A stretch of 64,000 bases of DNA, from assembly GCF_009914755.1 (NCBI RefSeq), contig NC_060937.1, one strand, 5' to 3'. Below, piece by piece: positions 11,451 to 25,365 of this stretch. Each line of letters begins with the position of its first letter. The stretch's first letter is position 1. This DNA comes from the human T2T-CHM13v2.0 reference genome, Homo sapiens. Made by a program: the position numbers and the translations under genes. The notes beneath the pieces were generated by a model. It saw only the letters and a list, made by a program, of their open reading frames with translations, ran no database searches and was not told where the DNA came from.

Positions 11451-11542
11451 GTTCGTAGTGGCTGTGCCTTCATGGTTCATGTCTGCCAGGATGAACACCA
11501 ACTTTACAATGAATTTTTCACAAAACCAACATCAAAATTAGA
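11451..11542 (+). CDS. COG3: COG3 coding exon (probable exon 11), 92 nt
   Basis: tactgcag|GTTCGT ... TTAGA|gtaggt; VRSGCAFMVHVCQDEHQLYNEFFTKPTSKL. Confidence 0.96.
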
Positions 11543-12638
11543 GTAGGTGGACATGGAATCTAACTCTTGTTCATAAAATTTAACTTGCTAATGACCATAA
11601 TGAATCAGTATATTATAGGAGTATTCTATCATTAACTGGAGAATGTTTTAACTTGTTTGTGTCTGTGAACAGAATATTGTTGGGTGGGACAGATATTTTC
11701 TTAAAAGTTATTTTCTTAAATGTGCAACTTAACATGCTTTTGTATTGTTTGTAATGTAATTATTTAGATATTATGGTGTGATAGGAAGAAATCTATACAG
11801 AATTCTGTAGCCTCGGGATCTAGATCCCTTTATCTCCACTAAGTACAATAATTCCTTCTAGTTAAAAAATTCTATGATTCTAACTAATGAAAGATTTAAA
11901 AATACAGATACTATTTAATAACCTTTTCTTTATTTTTCTCAAAATGTCTTTCAGATCCACTGTTAGTCACTTTTGGTTTCTTAATGTTCACTCTTTTGAC
12001 TCTTACAAACTTTCCAAGCTCATGACTCTTGTAATGAGGAAGAGAAAAGTATTTTATGGTTTTAGTTGAAGTGATCACTTTTGATGAAATTCTGTGTAGA
12101 AGAGTACCATTGACAGTATGAAGCATATAGACAACTTAAGTTTTTCTTTTTAAATGTTTAAAATTTCTCAAAATACTTGGCGTATGACCAAAGTACTTTG
12201 AATTTTGTTTATCTAAATCTATAAGTATTCAATAATTTTAAACTTGTCTTTCCTCGGGGAAAAAGTTACCATTTGATTGATAGTGAAGTAGAATATAAAA
12301 GGTAATTAAGTCCTCTGAAATACTTTTTATTGTTTTTGAAAGGACATATAGAAAATTATTGCTGAAATAGATAAAAGTTGTAATAGGTTGACTTTTGTTT
12401 GGGGGCAGCTACTTTGAATTGACTGCTGTGGATTGCTTGATTCTGAGCTTTTAAAGCAAAAACTGTTTATAGAATTACTTTCAGCTTTTCCCTTATCATT
12501 CTATAATGTCCTCAGATACTATTTTCCAGTAGATACTTATTGTTCTTATTGACTGGAAGAAATCAATGAGGATTTCTAAATTATTACAAAATCCTGAAAA
12601 AACTACTACTAATAGACATTTTTATTCTTTCATTTTAG

Positions 12639-12778
12639 TGAGCTTTTGGAGAAACTGTGTGTGTCATTGTATGATGTCTTCAGGCCATTGATCATTCATG
12701 TTATTCACTTAGAGACTCTGTCGGAACTTTGTGGGATTCTTAAAAATGAGGTGCTTGAAGATCATGTGCAGAACAATG
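12639..12778 (+). CDS. COG3: COG3 coding exon (probable exon 12), 140 nt
   Basis: cattttag|TGAGCTT ... AATG|gtaaat; ELLEKLCVSLYDVFRPLIIHVIHLETLSELCGILKNEVLEDHVQNN. Confidence 0.96.
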
Positions 12779-13301
12779 GTAAATGAGTAGAAATGATCAT
12801 TTTAAGTTATATCACTGGCTCAATGAATTTGAAAAAAAAATAAGTGCTTCTTCCCTCACCCCACTAAATAGATAAATTTAATATTTTTGAAGCTTGGCTT
12901 GATGCCTTACCCCTTCTTGAATGAAGTTGCACCTTATTCTGTCACTAAAGACACAATCAGATAGGGAAAGAATCTTAAAATCTGGGTAAAATTAGTAATA
13001 AAATAATTATAGTCAGTTTTCTTTCTGGCATCTGGAATCCAGATAGAACACATCGTTACTTTTGGGTTAGGCATTTCTAGCACACTGTTACCAGAATACA
13101 AAATACATAAATAAATAATTGAATATATTGTATACTTTTGATTAAAAAACAGGAATTGTTTTTGTGTATATTCATAATAATAGTTGATCTGTTTTGAAAT
13201 TACAAATAAAGAAAAGCGGTTCTCTGGAATAGCTCTACTTTGTCCATCTGATACATTCTTCAGTATTTGATTTGATTGTCATAGAGAACATGATTTTCCT
13301 A

Positions 13302-13637
<336 letters not shown>

Positions 13638-13810
13638 CAACCTTTCAAGTAATTATTCTACTCACAGAATTTATTGTCCTCAGTTTGGCTTTCATTGAGA
13701 CACTAATTTGTTACTCTTCCAAAGTTACTCAATTGCATTTAACTCATTCATTTTCTCACATTTTACTGCTTCTAAATTTTTTATTGCTTCTGATTTTAAA
13801 ATTCATATGG

Positions 13811-14118
13811 TTTTTTTGTTTTGTTTTGGTTTTTGAGTTGGGGGTCTCACTCTTGTCATCCAGGCTGGAGTGCAGTGGCACCATCTCGGCTCACTACAAC
13901 CTCTGCCTCCCGGGGTCAAGTGATCTCCCACCTCAGTCTCTTGAGGAGCTGAGACTACAGGTGCATGCCACCATGCCCAGCTATTTTTATATTTCTTTTG
14001 TAGAGAGGGGGTTTTGCCATGTTGCCCAGGCCGGTCTTGAGCTCCTGGACTCAAGCAGTCTGCCCTCCTTGGCCTCCCAAAGTGCTGGGATTACAGGTGT
14101 GGGCCACTGTACCTGGCC
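13811..14118 (-). mobile_element. Alu (AluJ-like)
   Basis: Reverse-complement dimeric Alu. Confidence 0.92.
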
Positions 14119-14131
14119 AAAATTAATGTGA

Positions 14132-14580
<449 letters not shown>

Positions 14581-14658
14581 TAATGTGATTATGTGTTATC
14601 TTTAACCCCCTGTCTTTTGGAAAGCTGTTACAGGATTACTAGTGTGTCTTAACATTGA

Positions 14659-14971
<313 letters not shown>

Positions 14972-15444
14972 TGATGGCATCTTAGAAATAAAGAAATACT
15001 AAGTAAACTCATACTTTATTTTACTTTTTACTTTTCTCTGTGAAAATGTTAACAAGTCATTTAATATCTGTGGTACTCAATTTATTTGTAAAATGGGGAT
15101 GATGATAGCCCAGTTAATAAGCTACCTTAGCAATTTCTTAGGCTTGGTCTGAAGCTATATGAAATAACTTTTAAAGAGCAAAGCACTCTTAAAATTCAGA
15201 TTTTATTATTCATATTAATAATATAATTAAACAGAGTACTGCCCAGTTTTAAAGTTGAGGAAATTGAAAGACATTTATTAAACTTTTCCAAGCTCATTGA
15301 GTCATGCTGAAATAGAATACAATCACAGCCTCTGAAGCAAAAGTGGTTCATACTGTTTCTGAACAATTTAGTAACATCTTTGCTTGTTTAAAAGAAAGTG
15401 TTTTTCTAAATCTAAAAGAATGGATGATTGCACTTTTTTATCAG

Positions 15445-15605
15445 CTGAGCAACTGGGGGCATTTGCAGCTGGAGTCAAGCAGATGTTAGAAGATGTACAG
15501 GAGCGGCTCGTCTACCGAACCCACATCTATATTCAGACGGACATCACGGGCTATAAACCAGCTCCTGGAGATCTGGCATATCCCGATAAGTTAGTCATGA
15601 TGGAG
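15445..15605 (+). CDS. COG3: COG3 coding exon (probable exon 13), 161 nt
   Basis: ttttatcag|CTGAGC ... ATGGAG|gtagga; [53 protein letters not shown]. Confidence 0.96.
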
Positions 15606-15660
15606 GTAGGATCTCCTTACTTGATCTCCCGTCTGCCCCCACACAGCTTTTAGATGTTTT

Positions 15661-15811
15661 ATTTATTATTTTTTTAAAAATTTATATATTAAAATAGAGA
15701 CAGGGTTTCCCCTTGTTGCCCAGGCTGGTCTCGAACTCCTGAGCTCAAGTGATCCACCTGCCTCGGCCTCCCAAGTGCTGGGATTACAGGCGTGAGCCAC
15801 TGTGCCTAGCC
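15661..15811 (-). mobile_element. Alu monomer (FLAM-like)
   Basis: Left-arm-only Alu; TSD TAGATGTTTT at 15651-15660 and 15812-15821. Confidence 0.88.
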
Positions 15812-15892
15812 TAGATGTTTTTTACTAGTTAAAATGGGATTTTTCTTTTTAATTCTTCCTCAAAATGTAAAATCAAGATAAGTTTGCTATAA

Positions 15893-16265
<373 letters not shown>

Positions 16266-16794
16266 CCTTCAAGTTATGTTTTATAAACATTCTATTCCAT
16301 TCTCTTCCCATTGGCAGGAAATACACATTCTCAATTTTAAAATTGAGTTAGTGATCCCTGTGATTTCTCTTTAGAAACAGAAGAAGGTTGATAATGTAGA
16401 AGCCACCAGGTTGATGGTGATGATGTAACCGTGTGTCATGCTCTCTCATAAAAACCCTGGAGGCCGTCTCCTCAAAATTATACCGTACAAGTGTCCAGTT
16501 TATGGTTTGAAGACTTGGGTTTATCTTCCTGATCTTTCAGTTCCATATATGTCTTCATTTTCTTTGAGTTCTGGACAGACTTTAAATAATGCCTAAGATA
16601 TTAGTGCTGAAACAGAATTAGAACTTCTTAAATGGAAATTTTCAAATATAAGCAAAAGTAGAAACTGTAATATGATGAACTCTTAGGTACCATTACCTCA
16701 GCTTCAACATGGCTAGACTTTTTGTACTCCCTTTCACCCCCATTAATTATTTTAAAGCAAATTCCAAACATGATTTCAATTAGTAAATACTTCA

Positions 16795-17078
16795 GGCTGG
16801 GAATGGTGGCTCATGCCTGTAATCACAGCACTTTGAGAGGCCGAGGCGGGAGGATCACTTAATCTCAGGAGTTCAAGACCAGCCTGGGCAACATGGCAAG
16901 AAACCCCATCTCTACTAAAAATACAAAAATTCACCAGGTGTGATGGTGTGCTCCTGTGATCCCAGCTACTCAGGAGGTTGAGATGGGAAGATTACTTGAG
17001 CCCGGGAGGTGGAGGTTTCAGGGAGCCGAGATCACGCCATTGCACTCCAGCCTGGGCGACAGAGCCAGACCCTGTCTC

Positions 17079-17125
<47 letters not shown>

Positions 17126-17126
17126 A
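16795..17126 (+). mobile_element. Alu with (CAA)16 microsatellite tail
   Basis: Dimeric Alu with CAA repeats at 17078-17125, inserted in an old minus-strand L1ME-like sequence. Confidence 0.92.
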
Positions 17127-17661
17127 GTATGACCACTCAAGGCTAAGCAGGACGGAATATAACTTTACACTCCTGAAGTTTAATAGATTCTGGGTTACTC
17201 CTTCTAAGTAGCAGAAACCAATGAGTAAAGATATCAAGTCAAGAGGTTAAATAAGCAAAACAACAATAACAGAATTAAAAAGAAACTTTCAGTAGGTAAC
17301 TCTAAAAAGTTAAGGGCATTTTTATTTTTAACACAACCATAATATAATTATCACACCTAAAAACAGTGTAGTTCCTTAATATCATCAAGTATCTAGAACT
17401 TATTTTTCAGATTCACCAGTTGTTAATATTTCATCCCATTTACTTTATCTCTTTGTGTGTGTGTGTGGCTGAGCCATTTGAAAGTTGCAGACATCATGAC
17501 TCCTCATTCCTAAGTACTTCAGTTCTTATTCTCGTAAGGATAAAGACAATTGTTCATATAACCACAGTATCATTTTTGTATTTAAGGAAATTAACATTAA
17601 TTTAATAATATTATTTATATATAGTCCATATTGAAATTTCCCCATTTGTCCTTCAGATGTC

Positions 17662-17772
17662 TTTTTTTTTTTTTTTTTTTTTGAGACATAGTTTCACTCT
17701 TTTCACCCAGGCTGGAGTGCAGTGGCGCCATCTTGGCTTACTGCAACTTCTGCCTCCCGGGTTCAAGCGATT
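17662..17772 (-). mobile_element. Truncated Alu (3' part of right arm only)
   Basis: Poly-T then gagacatagtttcactc ... cccgggttcaagcgatt, then an abrupt end. Confidence 0.88.
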
Positions 17773-17803
17773 TCAAGAAATTGTATGTGAAACAATTTCT
17801 TGA

Positions 17804-18150
17804 TGTGAAGTAGGGGTCCAGTTTCATTCTTCTGCATGTGGCTATCCAGTTGTTCCAGCATCATTTATTGAAAAGGCTATTATTTGTCTATTGGATGGTC
17901 TTGGCACCCTTGTTGAAAATCAGTTGACCATAGATTAATGGTTTTTTTGTTTTGTTTTGTTTTGTTTTTGGACTCTCAAGTTTATTCCATTCATCTTTAT
18001 GTCTTATCCTGTGCTAGCACCAGACTGTCTGGATTACAGTTGTTTTGTAATAAATTTTGTACTTGGGAAGCAGTTTTGCTATTTTGTTCTTTTTTTTTTT
18101 TTTTCAAATTGTTTTGGCTATTTTGGGCTCCTTGCAATGCCATATGATTC
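17804..18150 (-). mobile_element. L1 ORF2 fragment
   Basis: gtaggggtccagtttcattcttctgcatgtggctatccagttgttccagcatcatttattgaaaagg is a characteristic antisense L1 ORF2 segment. Confidence 0.85.
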
Positions 18151-19045
18151 TAATAATTTGAATCTTCTTTCTTTTTTTCTTGGTCAATCTAGAGTCCTTT
18201 GTTTTCTTGCACAAGATGATACAGGCGTTCACCTTTTCCTTGCTCCAGGAATGTTTCACATTCCTTGCTCCAGACCTACGGTCAGCTCTTTCTCCAGGAA
18301 CCCTTGGTTCCTTAAGGGGAAAGAGGGTGGTATTTAGAAACCAAGATCTGAGTATTAGGTGTGCTCATTTCTAGTGGTGGATTACTTCTAGCCCTCTTTA
18401 AAGAGCTAGAAAATATACATTTTAAAATATCATGAGTTCATACTGAAATCTCCAGTTCAGATCCAGTTCCACAGGGTTCTTCCTTTTCCCATATCTCGTA
18501 TTCATGTTTCCAGTCTCACAGAAGAAACCCTGGCTCCTAGCACCTCTAATGTATTTACTCATTTGCTTCAAGTTACAACATACACAAATAGTTTCAGAAT
18601 TATAACACTAATGCCATGATTAATAGCAAACTTAATTCAAGATTTTTATACTACTTTTGTTCTTAGAATATATCCTACTAAGATATACAATGAGATTGCT
18701 GTCAGACGTTTGATTCTAAATATAGATCTGCAGATTTCAAATCTCTTTAGAGATTTTTGCCCATGTAAGTTTGCCATTTGCATGGCATAGGGGGAAATGT
18801 AAGAGTGAGATAGACCTGGGTTCAAATCCCAGCCCAGTTAGTAGCTCTTTCTTATTTTTTATTAGTATGTTTAATTATTTGTAAAACAGGCATAATACTG
18901 ACCTTGGAGTATTGTTGTAAGAGTAAAGATAATGACCCAGAAAGCACTTAATGCTGGTAGTCATATGAGAGACAGTGGCTGTTGTAATTTATTTAACCCT
19001 TGAAATATTGAAAAACAGAATATTTGACTTTTTAAAAATAGTCTT

Positions 19046-19330
<285 letters not shown>

Positions 19331-19357
19331 TATATATATATATGTATGTGTGTGTGT

Positions 19358-19412
<55 letters not shown>
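19331..19412. repeat. Compound (TA)n(TG)~30 microsatellite
   Basis: Directly visible; one GA interruption in the TG run. Confidence 0.95.
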
Positions 19413-19414
<2 letters not shown>

Positions 19415-19825
19415 AAAAAGAGGCCTGATTATTTTATTTGAAAAATTCCAAAGGCAGTTTTGGTGCTGGTGAATTTAAAAAATGTCCCTTGAAATAATTT
19501 TGCTAAGTCATCATGTTTCTAACGTGTTTTAAAAAAATATAATCTTGAGAAATCTGTAAGCTATTAAATTTTTTAAAAATGTAATCTAATTTTTGCCAGG
19601 TCTAAACACTAATCTTGCTTAATTAGTTTATATAAGGAGTGCTGTAGACCTAAATATCTGTGGAAAATAGATTAAAGATAATTTCTTTCTAAGTGTATCC
19701 TGTATTCATCAGCATATCTTTTGTCACAAAGTGCCAATCTGTGTTGTTAAAGTTGTCAGATGTGGCTCAGATACTATCCTGTTTCTATTTAGACTGCTTT
19801 TCTTGGATGTCAAATGTCCTAATTT

Positions 19826-21040
19826 CTTTTATTTTTATTTTTAAAGTAGACTTTGTATTGTAAGATAGTTTGAGATTTACAGAAAAATTGAGAAGGTGGT
19901 ACAGAGTTTTTATATACCCTGCACCCAGTTGCTCCTATTACCAAGATCTTCTGTTGGTATGATACATTTGCCACAATTAATGAACCAGTAGTGAGTCACT
20001 GGTATTTATTTACTAAGGTCCATAGTTTATTCAGATTTTCTTAGTGTTTTTCATGTCTTTTTCTATTCCAGGATCCCATTTACAACACCACGTTGCACTT
20101 AGTTTTTATGTCTTTTTAGGCTCCTTTTGTCTGTGACAGTTTTTCAGACTTTTCTTGTTTTCGATGACTTAGCAGTGTTGAGGACTGGTTTATAGTGTTG
20201 TCATGAGTATTTCAAGCTTTTTATACAATGCCCCTTTGTTGGAATTCGTCTGATGTTATCCTTATGATTAGACTAGTGTTTTGGGTTTTGGGGAGGAAAA
20301 CCACAGTGGTGTAAAATGCCATTGTTATTACATCATATTAAGGGTACAGCCTTTCAACATGAATGTTCACTGTTGATATTGAACTTGACCATCTGGCTGA
20401 AGTAGTGTTGTCAGGTTTCACCACCGTGCAGTTACTCCTCTTCCCCACTTTCCACACTGTACTCTTTGGAAGGAAGTCCCATGTGTAACCCATGCTCAAG
20501 GAGTGGGTTGTGCTCTACCTTTTTTGAGGGCAAAGTATCTATATAAATACTTGGAACTTCTCTGTAAGGGAGATTGGTCTCTTTTTCCAATTTGTTGATT
20601 CAATCACTTACTGATGTCAGTGTGGACTTGGTCTCTTTTTCCAATTTGTTGATTCAATCACTTACTGATGTCAGTGTGGACTTAACGGATATTTATTCAT
20701 ACTTTGGGTTATAGTTCACTGGTACTTTATTTTGCTGCTCCAGCTTTCACCACTGGGAGCTCTTTCAGTTGGCTCCTATGTCCTTTTGACATACTCATTT
20801 ATGTAGATTTTTTATTTTGAGAACTTCCTTATTTCCTGGCACTATAAGAACTTCAGGTGCATCAGTATATTTCCTGCTTCTCTCCTAGAATCGACCATTT
20901 CTTCAAGGAGTGCTGGTTCCTTTATTGAAGGATTGTATTAGAAAGAGATCTGGGCATTAGGTGTGCTCGTTGCTACAGGGGTATTGTTGCTTTTAAGCTC
21001 TCTCAGGTGCTGGCATAGAAATATGTGTGTGTACTAGATC
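19826..21040 (-). mobile_element. L1MC-type 3' end
   Basis: ttttaaagtagactttg...gatttacagaaaaattgagaaggtggtacagag...tacatttgccacaattaatgaacca; boundaries approximate. Confidence 0.75.
20574..20681. repeat. Perfect 54-bp tandem duplication
   Basis: TTGGTCTCTTTTTCCAATTTGTTGATTCAATCACTTACTGATGTCAGTGTGGAC at 20574-20627 and 20628-20681. Confidence 0.97.
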
Positions 21041-21921
21041 ATTCCTGTTGCTCCAAATCCTCACCAGCATTTTGACTTAACCTAATTCATTTCAATGCCT
21101 AGGTGGATAAATATGTAATAATAGGTATGTTCGTTTTAAAGTTAACAGGCTGGAAATATGTTCTTACCTGTTTTGAGGATGTTCTCCTAAACTTACATCT
21201 CTTCCTCTGACTTCTATTTAAACTTACTGCATTTTGGCTAGTTATATTAATTATTTATATGTTGTTACTTTTTAAATAATATACAGAATCAACCTTGCAG
21301 GGATCAGATCCCCTTGTAGGGCAGGCAGTGGGGGCTGTTTCTTTTCTGTGGTCCATAGCTGGAATTATCTTTATGTGTCTTGGTATTGCGGATAACAACA
21401 GGGAGCAGATGGGTGGTCCATTTGCAGGAGCTGCCTTGACTTTGAGGGCCACAAAGCAGGTATGATGAAGACTAGATCTGTTTCCCAGCCTGATCTAGTG
21501 AATGGTGCTCCCTCCTTTTCCTCCCGTCCTGGCCTTCATTAGGAGTATCAGTTTTTGTATTATAGATAAGAATGCCTGTTTTAATTGCTGTGTCTGATAG
21601 GATGTTAGGTGATAAAGTTTTCTATATGCTCCCTTCCCAGTGTAATTTAGTGGTATATTTGGTATGTTTATTCAGTCATTACATGGCCTGTATCCTGGAT
21701 GCTCCCTTGTGTAGTAGACCTTTTGGCTTAAGGGTAACCACTTGCAGTAAATATGCTTACTGTGTTTTTCTTTTGGTGAGGGACTGGGGTATAAGAGTGG
21801 TCTGGCTGTGACATCTGCATGCCGTTTAGGAATTAGCTGTACTTTCCAATTTCTGCACGTGGAATGAGTGGACTGGCCTATGTGGTAGGGAGTCTGTTTC
21901 CTAATCAATTCTCTGGCTATT

Positions 21922-22125
21922 AATTTTTTTTTTTAATTTCAATAGTTTTTTGGGTACAGGTGATTTTTGGTTACATGGATAAGTTGTTTAGTGGTGATTT
22001 CTGAGACTTTAGTGCACCTGTCACCCAAACAGTGTACACTGTACCCAATATGGAGTCTTTTATGCCTTACCTGCCTCCCAGTCTTTGCCCCGGAATTCCC
22101 AAAGTCCATTGTCTCATTTTTATGA
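21922..22125 (-). mobile_element. Short L1PB-type 3' end
   Basis: Poly-T then tttcaatagttttttgggtacaggtgatttttggttacatggataag; near-TSD ctggctatt / ctggccatt. Confidence 0.8.
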
Positions 22126-22541
22126 CTGGCCATTCTTTTTGACAGTAACTAAATGACTGTTAGGTCTTCATTTCTGTGTATTTCCACCTTTATAATTAAT
22201 GCAAATTAGTGGGATTTTCATTACTAATTTAGTAGTTGGTGTCTCCTTTGTATACTGCATGATATTCTTTAGGCAGTGAGTCCATGCTAATTTTTAAAAA
22301 ATATCTGTTTCAAAAATAGCATACTGTAGCTATTATCACATAAAGCAAAAACCTGTTATTTGGATTGGCCAGTTACTTGAACAAAAACATTTCTAATATT
22401 CAGAATGTATCCAGTCTTAAATCTGAATAGTTTCCAAATGTCAAGTTGAAAATATATATATATATACTTTGTATAAAGAACATGTTCATGTTGCCAAACA
22501 CTGCTGAAAACGGTAACATTCCTTCTGATTTCTTTATACAG

Positions 22542-22647
22542 CAAATTGCACAGAGTTTGAAAGATGAACAGAAGAAGGTACCTTCAGAAGCTTCATTTTC
22601 AGATGTTCACTTAGAAGAAGGAGAGTCTAACAGTCTGACAAAATCTG
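22542..22647 (+). CDS. COG3: COG3 coding exon (probable exon 14), 106 nt
   Basis: ttatacag|CAAATT ... TCTG|gtatgt; QIAQSLKDEQKKVPSEASFSDVHLEEGESNSLTKS. Confidence 0.95.
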
Positions 22648-24202
22648 GTATGTTATGATGTCTTAACTGCCAGCATTTATTCATTTGGGTTAACAAACCT
22701 TTACTGAGGACTTGTCCTGTCCCAGACATGAAAAACAACTTGTGCCTTTGAGGAGCCCACACTTTATGGGGGGAGATTGCCAAGCCACAGACAGAATTCA
22801 GTGGTGAGTGAGATGCTAATGGTTTGCACAGGGTACCCTTGGACCATGGATGAGGGGCATGGAAATTGCGAAGGGAGATGAGCTCTGAGTGTGGGAAGGT
22901 GGGCTCAGTGTGGGGTGTGGTGTCTGAGAGCTATAATGTGTTTATGAAGAGTATGAGAGAGCCAGGTGAAGTAAGTTTGTTTAAGATAGATAGAATAGAA
23001 TGTAGAAAGGCATGCAGGAATGGAAAACCATGGCTATTTTGCATAATTCAAGTGGTTTGGTATGTTTGGGCCCAGGTTGTATGTGGGGAAGGAGCAGGTA
23101 AAATAGGCCAGATAGGGATAGATGTCATGTGATAGTCTCATGGCCTTTGGACTTCTAGCTGGCATAGTGTATCATGGTGACTGGACCATCAGATTTGCAT
23201 TTTGTAAGCATACTGAGTGTCTGGGACTGGAGTAAAATACTATTGACACAGTTGTATGGGATGGCTTGGACTAGGGTACATGTTATACAAGGAGCAAAAT
23301 TGTCCCAAGAATCACCCTGGATACTCATTAGGGACCTAGACAGCAAGCTAGATGGGAAGTAAGCCATCTCTTCCCCACCCAGCTATAAGAGTGGCCCTAA
23401 AGCGTAGCTCCCCATGGGACAACTGGGAAGGTGGGTACTGTAACTCCATGGGCTTTAAAGAGCCCCAGCTACCTCAAGATCCCCAGGTGAAGGGCATCAT
23501 CAGGTATTCTGAGTCTACTCTATAAACAGTTGCTACACTAAATCCAGACTGTCAAGCAGCTGGATATTGCCCATCTGACAAACTCATTTTATCATGCTCG
23601 CCCTATAGGAGGGAGGACCCACAGAGGGCTGAAATTTCCTCCTCTGCAATAGAACCCATACCATGTCCTAGTATACCTCTTGGTCCTAGTATACCTCTTT
23701 ATGAGCACGGGAGAGACGAGAGTACATTTCTGTCTTGCCAACCCCGGACTTGTGCGTTTTCTCTTTCCCCACTAAAGCCTACTTTTTAACCCATTACTGG
23801 CATTACAATGAGGCAGTGATGGGTTATTGGCAGAACTGTAGAGACTGATCAGGAAGTTGTTATATTTTTCCATTTGAAAGATAAAGGTGGTTTGAACCAG
23901 GGTGGTGTTGGGGGGATGGAGAGAAATACAGAGATGAGGGATATGGTTAGAAGTTTGAATCAGTAGAATTTGATGGCACCTCAGATGTGAGGGTTGAATA
24001 AGGTCCATGTGGAACAACTGAGAGGGTCTGTATTATATGGTTCTAGAAGCTGTACTGTCCAATATGGTAGCCACTGCCATTGAGCGTGTGAAATGTGGCT
24101 AGTCTGAATGTGCTGTAATTGTGGCTAGTCTGAATGTGCCATAATTGTGTAAGATTCACACCAGATTTCCAAGACTTAGTATGATATAAGGAATGGAAAA
24201 CA

Positions 24203-24526
<324 letters not shown>

Positions 24527-24577
24527 TTATATTGATTACATGTTAAAATGATATTTTGGACATATTGGATTGAATAA

Positions 24578-25365
<788 letters not shown>

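Noticed and set aside
11815-11828. 14-bp palindrome GGGATCTAGATCCC
   Set aside because: About four such palindromes are expected by chance in 64 kb (64000/4^7).
23280-23775. Possible LTR-like insert between L2 fragments (similar impression at ~58960-59345)
   Set aside because: Could not assign a family or clear TG...CA ends with a TSD from sequence alone; needs RepeatMasker.
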